Assembly: GCF_000020385.1 (NCBI RefSeq)
Contig: NC_010814.1
Span: 2,820,001-2,852,000, forward strand
Origin: Trichlorobacter lovleyi SZ
Lineage (GTDB): Bacteria; Desulfobacterota; Desulfuromonadia; Geobacterales; Pseudopelobacteraceae
DNA length: 32,000 bases
Direction: 5' to 3'
The translations under genes were made by a program, and so were the position numbers. The notes beneath the pieces are model-generated. The model had not been told where the DNA came from, ran no database searches, and was given only the letters and a program-made list of their open reading frames with translations. Positions 16,130 to 23,428 of this stretch are shown one piece after another (the first letter of the stretch is position 1; every line of letters starts with the position of its first letter).

Positions 16130-17845
16130 CTAATCCAGCTTGAACCAGATGTAGGTGACTCCGGAGATCTCCACATGGTGCAGATCCCGTACCAGGCCTT
16201 TTACCAGCACCAGTCCCAGGGACGATATCTCTTCTTCGGTTGCAGCCATCAGATCAGCGGGCATCCCCTTGAAGTTGACACTTTCCACCCGTTCGCCATG
16301 GATGATCTCCACCACCAGTTCTTCGTCGTGACGCAGCACCTTGATCTTCACGCTGGAGGTTGCCGGGCTGCGCTTTGCAATATGCGCAAACAGTTCCTCA
16401 CAGACCAGCTGCAGCCGGTACTGCTGCTGCTGATCGAGATCAAGGTCATTGCCGGCCTGCTGCAGGTTTTCCAGCAGGACCGGGTACTGACTGGCCACAA
16501 CCGGAAAACTGAACTCTTTGCTCGACAGAATGGCAAAGCGGAACAGCAGGCTGAGGGCGACCGCAACCAGCCCGCCGGCGGCAACGCTGTTGTTCAGGAA
16601 CAAGGCAAAGGTTGGCGGGAACACACCGGGAAAAAACTTGCCGCTTTCAGCCAGCATGCCGACACACAGCGACACGCCGACCAGCAGCCCGGACTGATGG
16701 GTAATGCCGTGCGCAAACACCAGTTCAAGACCGGCCGGAAACATCATGGCGGCCAGCCCCATGATAAAGCCGCCGTACACCGGCGCAGGCAGGTTGACCA
16801 TCACCATGCTCAGCTTGGGCAGAAAGGGCAGCAGGATCAGCATCAAGGCACCGAAGACCCCCACCATCCGGCTGGCAACCCCGGTGATCCGCACCACCGA
16901 GATATTCTCGGAATAGGTCTCGTTCGGCATGGTCCCGAGGGCACCGGAGATGAGGTTGCCGCAAGCGTCCGCGTACATGGTGCCCTGAATAATACCGTAG
17001 TTGACCTGCCGCGGCTCACGGTGGGAGACCCGCTGGATCGCCATGCTGTTACCGATGGCCTGTACGCCGTTTATCAGGGTCAACAGGGCCAGGGTCAGAA
17101 AAAACGGGAACTGTTCCGGTTTCAGGTTGAAGGTCAGGCCGGGCCAGCTGCCGGCAAACCTGCCGAACCAGGGGTAGGCGGCTGCGGCACTCACATCAAG
17201 GATACCCAGCGCCCAGGATACTGCAAGGCCGGCAACCATACCGATGATGGGGCACCAGAGCCGCAGGGTCCGGTTGCCGAACAGCGCCATCCCCAGCAGG
17301 GCACACATGGTCACCCCGCCGGCTGTCAGATGCTGGGCAGAACCGTACAGGGCGCTCCCCTGCTCCCCCATCCATTCGTGATGGCCGACAGAGATCAGGC
17401 TGATCACCACCAGCAACAGGATGACGCCACCCACCACCGGCGTAAAGACATGGCGCAGGTGCCGCAGGCAGTAGGCCAGCACCATCTCAACCGGTGCAAC
17501 CAGTATGCTCAGGGTGGCCAGCAGCGCAAAACCGCCTGCGGTCACCACATCGACACAACAACTGAAGTAGGCCGCAGAACTGCCCATGAAAAGCACATAG
17601 CCGGTACCGACCCTGCCGAGACGCACCACCTGCAGCAGCGTTGACAGCCCTGCCGCCAATGCTGCCGCAAACGAGGCGAACAGGATATGCTCCAGCGGTG
17701 CACCCGCCTTTTTGCCGACAATAACCGGAAAGATGATGATCTCGCTGTAGATCAGCATCACATGCTGTGCCGCCATCAGCAGCGTCAGCCAGAACGGGGA
17801 GCGCTCGGCCATGTCGTAGAGCAGGTTTGTTTTTACGGAGGTCAT
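16130..17845 (-). CDS. NCS2/SLC23-type (xanthine/uracil/vitamin C permease family) transporter fused to a ~125-aa C-terminal cytoplasmic domain
   Basis: About 12-14 TM segments, with family-like GNSMAIQR..., PNETYSENI... and GVASR blocks. The soluble C-terminal tail (LQLVCEELFAHI...VVEIIHGERV...SSLGLVLVKGL) is laid out like an RsbW/SpoIIAB GHKL domain, but the ATP-binding residues are degenerate. Confidence 0.85.
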   Translation of the reverse strand: MTSVKTNLLYDMAERSPFWLTLLMAAQHVMLIYSEIIIFPVIVGKKAGAPLEHILFASFAAALAAGLSTLLQVVRLGRVGTGYVLFMGSSAAYFSCCVDVVTAGGFALLATLSILVAPVEMVLAYCLRHLRHVFTPVVGGVILLLVVISLISVGHHEWMGEQGSALYGSAQHLTAGGVTMCALLGMALFGNRTLRLWCPIIGMVAGLAVSWALGILDVSAAAAYPWFGRFAGSWPGLTFNLKPEQFPFFLTLALLTLINGVQAIGNSMAIQRVSHREPRQVNYGIIQGTMYADACGNLISGALGTMPNETYSENISVVRITGVASRMVGVFGALMLILLPFLPKLSMVMVNLPAPVYGGFIMGLAAMMFPAGLELVFAHGITHQSGLLVGVSLCVGMLAESGKFFPGVFPPTFALFLNNSVAAGGLVAVALSLLFRFAILSSKEFSFPVVASQYPVLLENLQQAGNDLDLDQQQQYRLQLVCEELFAHIAKRSPATSSVKIKVLRHDEELVVEIIHGERVESVNFKGMPADLMAATEEEISSLGLVLVKGLVRDLHHVEISGVTYIWFKLD

Positions 17846-17963
17846 CGGGCTTGTCGCCTTTGCTGGTGTTTCAGGATCTCCATGATCACCTTCCCCTTCA
17901 ATATCCGATACTGCTGATTAACAGCCGCAAGCTGACACGCACCGGTCAGCTCCAGCGTCCCCT

Positions 17964-18107
17964 GCAGGCCGTTGAAAAACGTTATGAGGAAGCACGACTA
18001 CACGGCGCACGGCGCGCAGCGACTGAGACATAACAGACCGTTAGACGAAGGAGCGAGCACCGCGCAACGCCGTAGACGGGCTCCGCAGTAGCTTTTCAAC
18101 AGCCTGC
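17964..18107. repeat. Long imperfect palindrome (~144 nt) abutting the eamA stop codon
   Basis: The outer arms are GCAGGCCGTTGAAAAAC (17964-17980) and GCTTTTCAACAGCCTGC (18091-18107), complementary at 15 of 17 positions. The GC-rich interior is partly self-complementary (e.g. CGGCG...CGCCG). Confidence 0.55.
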
Positions 18108-19036
18108 TAAGATTTCCTCAAGCGCAGCAGATCAGTGGCAAAGATAATGCCGACAACGATCAGCAGGATGCCAAGCAGATGGTAGCCCTGCAAATGCTCC
18201 TTTAAAAACAGTACCGCCAGAATGGTGCTGAATACCGGCATCAGGTGGATAAACTGGCCGCCCACCTGCGCCCCCACGGAACGGATGCCGCTGTTCCAGG
18301 CCACAAAGGCAACCACTGATGCCAACACCCCCACGTAGCCGATGCTGGCCAGGCTTGCCGCCGTCACCGGCACCGTTGCACCGTTGATCACTTCCAGCAG
18401 ATAGAGCGGCAGGATAAAAAGCTGACCGCACAGGGCGATACAGAACAGAAACACCAGCGGGTCCAGCCCCTCCGGATAGTAGCGCAGGCAGACGGAGTAG
18501 GCGGCCCAGGAGGTGGCGGCCCCCAACACCAGCAGATCGCCGGCACTGAAGGTCAAATGGGCGATGGTGGCCGGGTTGCCCCGCAGGATAATGATACAGA
18601 CCCCTCCCAGCGACAGCAGAATACCGACCCATTGCCGGGCACTGACCCCTTTGCGAAAGAAGATCCGGGTAAAGAGGATGATCAGGATCGGTATGGCAGA
18701 GTTTACCAGGGCGGCATTGATGGCCGTGGTGGTGTGCATCGCCAGATAGATCAGCAGATTGAAGAGGGTGACCCCGAACAGGCCGAAGAGGGGGAAGATC
18801 TTCAGGTTGGCCCGGATCAGCGGCCACTGGTTTTTCAGGCGTGGCAGTACAATCGGGCACAGCACCGCAAGGGCCACCACCCAGCGCCAGAAGAGCAGAC
18901 CCACCGGCGGAATCAAGGAGGCAACGGCCCGGCTGATCACAAAGTTACCGGACCAGATCAGGGCGCTCAGGGTTAACAGCAGATAGGCAAACAGTGGCCG
19001 ATGTACGTGAGATTTCCCGAAGATGATTAGACTCAT
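18107..19036 (-). CDS. EamA/DMT superfamily transporter (10 TM, duplicated EamA domains)
   Basis: 309 aa and about 10 hydrophobic helices. Typical DMT pattern (SALIWSGNFV, ...SWAAYSV..., ...VAFVAWNSGI...). Confidence 0.88.
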   Translation of the reverse strand: MSLIIFGKSHVHRPLFAYLLLTLSALIWSGNFVISRAVASLIPPVGLLFWRWVVALAVLCPIVLPRLKNQWPLIRANLKIFPLFGLFGVTLFNLLIYLAMHTTTAINAALVNSAIPILIILFTRIFFRKGVSARQWVGILLSLGGVCIIILRGNPATIAHLTFSAGDLLVLGAATSWAAYSVCLRYYPEGLDPLVFLFCIALCGQLFILPLYLLEVINGATVPVTAASLASIGYVGVLASVVAFVAWNSGIRSVGAQVGGQFIHLMPVFSTILAVLFLKEHLQGYHLLGILLIVVGIIFATDLLRLRKS

Positions 19037-19074
19037 AGGCTACTTTCAAGCATTTTCACTCCACAGATGATTAA

Positions 19075-19083
19075 ACTATTCAC
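19075..19083. repeat. Target-site duplication, left copy (ACTATTCAC)
   Basis: An identical 9-mer directly flanks both IS ends (19075-19083 and 20324-20332). Confidence 0.85.
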
Positions 19084-20323
19084 CACTGCTGTCCCATAAA
19101 TTGATTGAATAAGAGGAGGCTCTGAGAGCTACTTGTGATATATTGAGTTCGCCAAAACACCAATAAACACGAGGAGATCAGAGCCGTGCCACATAGTAAC
19201 ACAGTCCTTAATCAAGTTGTTCGTTTTTTCAAGAGACATGAATTTGAGACCCTCGCCCGTAAGCATCATGTCGGGCAGCAGTTTCGTTCTTTTTCACGTT
19301 GGAGCCAGTTCACCGCCATGCTGGTTGGCCAGCTAACGGGCCGTAAAAGCCTGCGAGATCTGGTTGATAATCTCAAGGTTCAAGGACATAAGCTCTATCA
19401 TCTGGGAACCAGGGATGTACCCCGTTCAACATTGGCACGGGTGAATGAAGAACAGCCACATCAGTTGTACAAAGAGCTCTTTCACAAACTGCTGGGTCGT
19501 TGCCAGGCCATTGCGCCGAAGAACCGGTTCAAGCTGGACGCCAAGCTGTACCTGCTTGATGCCACGGTCATCAACCTCTGCCTGAAGGTGTTTCCCTGGG
19601 CCAGCTACCAAAAGGCAAAAGGGGCCATAAAGCTGCATGTCGGTCTTTCTGCTGACGGCTATCTGCCAGAGTTCTTCGATGTCACCACCGGCAAAGAGCA
19701 TGAGATCAACTGGGCCAGACTGCTCAAACTGCCCACCGGCTCTTTTGTGGTCTTTGACCGTGGTTATACCGACTACGACTGGTATCAGGCCCTGATGGAC
19801 AGCAGCATCTTCTTTGTAGCCCGGCTCAAGGACAATGCCTTGGTTGAGTACTTCAAGAAACGTCCGGGCCGCAGGTCACAGGGAGTGCTCACTGATCAGG
19901 AAATCAGCCTGAACGGGATCAAGGGCAGCCTCCGCCTGGTTCATTTTGTTGCTGAAGATGGAAACGAGTACCGCTTCGTCACCAACGCAAACCACATTCC
20001 TGCTGCACTGGTGGCCGAATTGTACAAGGAACGCTGGCAGATTGAGCTGTTCTTCAAGTGGATCAAGCAGAACCTGAAGATCAAGGCGTTTTACGGCACC
20101 TCGGAGAATGCAGTGCTGACGCAGATCTGGATAGCACTCTGCGTGTACCTGGTACTGGCCTGGCTGAAGTTCATGTCAAAGATCACCATTACGATGCAGC
20201 AGATGTTACGGTTATTACAGCTCAATCTGTTCGAACGAAGAGACCTGGAAAGCTTATTCAAACCAACGAAAGCATTGCCAAATCCTCAACTGGCGCTGCT
20301 TTGAAAACTATGGGACAGCAGTG
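19084..20323 (+). mobile_element. Intact IS4-family insertion sequence (1240 bp)
   Basis: The terminal inverted repeat CACTGCTGTCCCATA is perfect over 15 bp (19084-19098 and, as reverse complement, 20309-20323). The element has a single DDE transposase ORF and 9-bp direct repeats outside the ends. Confidence 0.9.
19186..20304 (+). CDS. IS4-family DDE transposase
   Basis: GTG start. DDE contexts are LLDATVINL, VVFDRGYTDYDWY and the Y-x2-R-x3-E-x6-K signature in YKERWQIELFFKWIK. Confidence 0.92.
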   Translation: MPHSNTVLNQVVRFFKRHEFETLARKHHVGQQFRSFSRWSQFTAMLVGQLTGRKSLRDLVDNLKVQGHKLYHLGTRDVPRSTLARVNEEQPHQLYKELFHKLLGRCQAIAPKNRFKLDAKLYLLDATVINLCLKVFPWASYQKAKGAIKLHVGLSADGYLPEFFDVTTGKEHEINWARLLKLPTGSFVVFDRGYTDYDWYQALMDSSIFFVARLKDNALVEYFKKRPGRRSQGVLTDQEISLNGIKGSLRLVHFVAEDGNEYRFVTNANHIPAALVAELYKERWQIELFFKWIKQNLKIKAFYGTSENAVLTQIWIALCVYLVLAWLKFMSKITITMQQMLRLLQLNLFERRDLESLFKPTKALPNPQLALL

Positions 20324-20332
20324 ACTATTCAC
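20324..20332. repeat. Target-site duplication, right copy (ACTATTCAC)
   Basis: See the left copy. Confidence 0.85.
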
Positions 20333-20659
20333 TTAAGATGATTAGACTAAAATTAAAATTTACACAACTTAATTAGATTATCCGATAAAATGCTCCCCCA
20401 AAAGAATCATCGGCCCAGTTTTACATCCTCGTTCTACTGCCTTCAGCTCTGCTTTAGAGCAACTTGAGATATTTTGCAATTTTGAAGCTTAATCCATTTA
20501 AGAACCGAAACTATATTACTTTTTTATGGTTTTATGGTCTTTTTAGTCTCAAGAACAATATATCCATCCAAAGTGCAACAGTAAGCAGAAACATTGACAG
20601 GAGCATTTGAAATATAGCTACAAAAAACGGCGGTACCGACAAGCTTGTTTGTTTGACAC

Positions 20660-20706
20660 TGACAAAGCTCCAAAAAAGTGCAAATGCGGGCAGCCCCTTC
20701 CGGGAC
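20660..20706 (-). terminator. Intrinsic terminator candidate downstream of hcp
   Basis: 11-bp stem AATGCGGGCAG / CTGCCCGCATT (20673-20683 / 20696-20706) with a 12-nt loop. On the minus strand it is followed by TTGCACTTTTTT. Confidence 0.5.
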
Positions 20707-20755
20707 TGCCCGCATTCAAAATGTTTCACGGATACCGTAGCTATCCGCAACGAAG

Positions 20756-20864
20756 ATTTTTTTGCCCTGTGTGGGGTAAGCAAGGGGTGAGGCGGAGGCG
20801 TACTAAGCAGTACGCCGCACAACTCACCACGCTGCTTGACCTGCATCAGGGCGAAAAAAGATCG
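20756..20864. repeat. Long imperfect palindrome (~109 nt) 7 nt after the hcp stop codon
   Basis: The outer arms are GATTTTTTTGCCCTG (20756-20770) and CAGGGCGAAAAAAGATC (20848-20864). The apex is GGCGTAC-TAAGCA-GTACGCC (20798-20817). The inner arms pair, with bulges (GGTAAGCA.G / C.TGCTTGACC, GGTGAG / CTCACC). Confidence 0.5.
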
Positions 20865-20870
20865 TTGCCC

Positions 20871-22472
20871 CTACCCCAGGATGGCCTTCAGATCTTCCTC
20901 AGCCGTGGTAATCGGCATGATGTTGAAGTTCTCCACCAGGAAGGCCAGCACATTGGGGGTGATGAAGGCCGGCAGTGAGGGTCCCAGGCGGATGTTCTTG
21001 ATCCCCAGCGACAGCAGGGTCAGCAGGATTACCACCGCCTTCTGCTCGTACCAGGAGAGGATCATGGAAAGAGGCAGGTCATTCACGCCGCACTCAAAGG
21101 CACCGGCCAGGGCCACCGCGATCTGGATGGCGGAGTAGGCGTCGTTGCACTGGCCGATATCCAGCAGGCGCGGGATGCCGCCGATGTCGCCGAACTCCAG
21201 CTTGTTGAAGCGGTACTTGCCGCAGGCCAGAGTCAGGATGACGGTATCCTGGGGAGCCTTCTCGGCAAACTCGGTGTAGTAGTTGCGACCTGATTTGGCG
21301 CCGTCGCAACCGCCCACCAGGAAGAAATGCTTGATCTGACCGGCCTTGACCGCAGCAATGACCTTGTCAGCCACCCCCAGCACGGCGTTGTGGCCGAAGC
21401 CGGTCAGGATCTCCTGGCCCGGGTTTTCCGGCAGAGACGGACACTCCAGCGCCTTGTTGATCACTTCGGAGAAGTCCCAGCCGTTGATGTGGGTTACACC
21501 GGGCCATTGTACCAGGCCCCAGGTGTAGAGACGGTCCTTGTAGGAGTCGGCCGGACGCTGGATGCAGTTGGTGTTGAAGATGATGGCACCGGGGAAGTTG
21601 GGGAATTCCCTGGCCTGATCCTGCCAGGCACCGCCGAAGTTACCCACCAGGTGCGGATATTTTTTCAGGCCGGGATAGCCGTGGGCCGGCAGCATCTCGC
21701 CATGGGTATAGATGTTGATCCCCTTGCCTTCGGTCTGCTTGAGCAGTTCTTCCAGCATCTTCAGGTCATGGCCGGTCACCAGGATACCTTTGCCTGCCTT
21801 GGTACCCAGGTTGACCGGGGTCGGTACCGGAGCGCCATAGGTTTCATTATGGGCCGTATCCAGCAGCCCCATTACGGTCAGGTTCTGCTTGCCGCATTCC
21901 ATGCAGAGCCCCACGAAATCCATCAGCCCCAGGTTGGCATCGGTGGTGGCGGCCAGCGCCTTCTGGAAAAAGGCCATGACCTCATCGTTGCTGCGGCCCA
22001 GGATCATGGCATGGTCCATATAGGCGGACATGCCTTTCAGGCCGTACATCAGGATCTCAATCGTAGAACGGATGTCCTCATTGACATGCTGGGTGTTGAT
22101 ACCGTGCTGTTCTCCCTGGGCAACCATGGTGGCCAGGTCGGCAGCAGGCTTCCAGTCAGCCACCGGGCCGCTGATGGCGGCGCCTGAAGCGGCCTTGGCC
22201 TTTTCTTTCAGCTGGTAACACTTTTGAATCAGTTTGGCGATATCTTCGGGATCAAAGTCCACGTTGGTGACGGTGCTGAACAGCGCCTCAATGGTGAAAC
22301 GGTCGATCTCGGCATCCCGGCCGAGCTTGTCGGCATACAGGGCCAGGGACTTCAGGCCGTACAGAAGATGATCCTGCAGGGCGGCCACATCGGGCTTCTT
22401 GCCGCAGACTCCGGAAATATTGCAACCGGTACCGTTGGCAGCTTGCTCACACTGGTTACAGAACATGCTCAT
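20871..22472 (-). CDS. hcp: Hybrid cluster protein / hydroxylamine reductase
   Basis: N-terminal MFCNQCEQ...GC...GVCGK cluster motif and full-length family resemblance. The start was set at ATG 22472 (MSMFCNQCEQ) because AAGGAGG lies 7 nt upstream; the track start is 22505. Confidence 0.93.
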   Translation of the reverse strand: MSMFCNQCEQAANGTGCNISGVCGKKPDVAALQDHLLYGLKSLALYADKLGRDAEIDRFTIEALFSTVTNVDFDPEDIAKLIQKCYQLKEKAKAASGAAISGPVADWKPAADLATMVAQGEQHGINTQHVNEDIRSTIEILMYGLKGMSAYMDHAMILGRSNDEVMAFFQKALAATTDANLGLMDFVGLCMECGKQNLTVMGLLDTAHNETYGAPVPTPVNLGTKAGKGILVTGHDLKMLEELLKQTEGKGINIYTHGEMLPAHGYPGLKKYPHLVGNFGGAWQDQAREFPNFPGAIIFNTNCIQRPADSYKDRLYTWGLVQWPGVTHINGWDFSEVINKALECPSLPENPGQEILTGFGHNAVLGVADKVIAAVKAGQIKHFFLVGGCDGAKSGRNYYTEFAEKAPQDTVILTLACGKYRFNKLEFGDIGGIPRLLDIGQCNDAYSAIQIAVALAGAFECGVNDLPLSMILSWYEQKAVVILLTLLSLGIKNIRLGPSLPAFITPNVLAFLVENFNIMPITTAEEDLKAILG

Positions 22473-22563
22473 GGTGAATCCTCCTTGTTGGTGTGGGTAA
22501 CTCATGGATGAGTTTTACTCGGCTGTATTGGTCAATAAGTATAGCAGCTATTTTTTAAACGGC

Positions 22564-22577
22564 ATGACTGCGGTCAA
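22564..22577. promoter_or_regulatory. CRP/FNR-family (HcpR/Dnr-like) palindrome, site A, hcp-proximal
   Basis: ATGAC-TGCG-GTCAA, one mismatch to TTGAC-N4-GTCAA. A TATACT -10-like hexamer on the minus strand (22543-22538) puts the site near -41.5 of a leftward promoter. Confidence 0.5.
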
Positions 22578-22678
22578 AAAAATCGTTCCCATTAATTGAT
22601 GCAGTCAAAGCGCCTGCATTAACGACGACAGTCCCGTATCAGACTCTCCCCTTTCAAACAGGACAATAGTTGTCTTTT

Positions 22679-22692
22679 TTGACGACAGTCAT
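22679..22692. promoter_or_regulatory. CRP/FNR-family palindrome, site C, proximal to the DUF1858 operon
   Basis: TTGAC-GACA-GTCAT, one mismatch to the same consensus. TATGGT at 22715-22720 falls exactly at -12..-7 if the site is centred at -41.5. Confidence 0.5.
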
Positions 22693-22748
22693 ACTTTTAT
22701 ATATCGGACCACGCTATGGTTTGATCAGAAACGATCAAGGAGGAAAAC

Positions 22749-22970
22749 ATGCAGTTCACTCACGACCTCGGCAATCAGGCCATTCAGGACGTACTCAAGA
22801 CCTATCCGGAAATCGGCGAGATGCTTGCTCGCTACGATATCGGCTGTGTCACTTGCAAGGTAGGGATCTGCCTCTTGAAGGATGTGGTCTCGATCCACGG
22901 ACTATCCAAAGAAGATGAAACGAAGATCGAACAGGAAATCAACACTTATCTGGCTACAAAAGGAGAATAA
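22749..22970 (+). CDS. DUF1858-type hybrid-cluster-protein-associated redox disulfide domain protein (73 aa)
   Basis: Has the family CxxC context (GCVTCKVGIC) and a typical size. AAGGAGG RBS upstream. Divergent from hcp. Confidence 0.85.
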   Translation: MQFTHDLGNQAIQDVLKTYPEIGEMLARYDIGCVTCKVGICLLKDVVSIHGLSKEDETKIEQEINTYLATKGE

Positions 22971-22972
22971 TC

Positions 22973-23428
22973 ATGAGAAATTTGGGATGTGGCTGCCCCG
23001 GCAGCATGGCACGAGTCATTGAACGTCAGGAAACAACCGAAACTAACACCGTCAAGGCGCCCTCTGAGTTGCGGCAGTGGCCGGTACAGCTCCATCTGGT
23101 ACCGCCTACCGCAACCTACTTCAAGGATGCTGAACTGTTGGTCTGCGCCGACTGCGTGGCCTTTGCCATGGGTAACATGCACGCCGATCTGCTCAAGGGC
23201 AAGGCCTTGGCCATCGCCTGCCCAAAGCTGGACGACACGACACCGTATGTTGAGAAACTGTCACAGATCATCCAGACCAACAACACCCCCCGAGTGACGG
23301 TAGCCATCATGGAAGTGCCCTGCTGCCGCGGCTTGTCGATGCTGGTGGCAGAAGCAATCAAGCAGAGCGGCCGGGATGTTCCGGTGGATACGATCGTGAT
23401 CGGAGTTGACGGCAACCGGAGGAACTGA
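22973..23428 (+). CDS. Cys-rich iron-sulfur/redox protein of the QWPVQL-motif family, hcp-associated
   Basis: N-terminal CGCPGS, then RQWPVQLHLVPP...LLVCADCVAFA...ACPKLDD...MEVPCCRGL. I recognise this pattern from ferredoxin-like genes next to hcp in anaerobes. It starts 2 nt after the upstream stop. Confidence 0.78.
   Translation: MRNLGCGCPGSMARVIERQETTETNTVKAPSELRQWPVQLHLVPPTATYFKDAELLVCADCVAFAMGNMHADLLKGKALAIACPKLDDTTPYVEKLSQIIQTNNTPRVTVAIMEVPCCRGLSMLVAEAIKQSGRDVPVDTIVIGVDGNRRN

Noticed and set aside
18132-18860. 242-aa same-strand alternative-frame ORF inside eamA.
   Set aside because: The Pro/Gly/Arg-rich translation has no TM or domain pattern, whereas the eamA frame gives a clean 10-TM DMT protein.
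20382-20391. The 10-mer CCGATAAAAT shared with the nar promoter (24048-24057), considered as a common operator.
   Set aside because: A single shared AT-rich 10-mer in two AT-rich spacers could be chance, and no dyad or second half-site was seen. It is kept only as a note inside other findings.
20524-20978. ORFs of 63, 104 and 123 aa in the spacer downstream of hcp.
   Set aside because: They run through the terminator hairpin and the long palindrome or overlap the hcp 3' end. They lack RBSs and have implausible composition.
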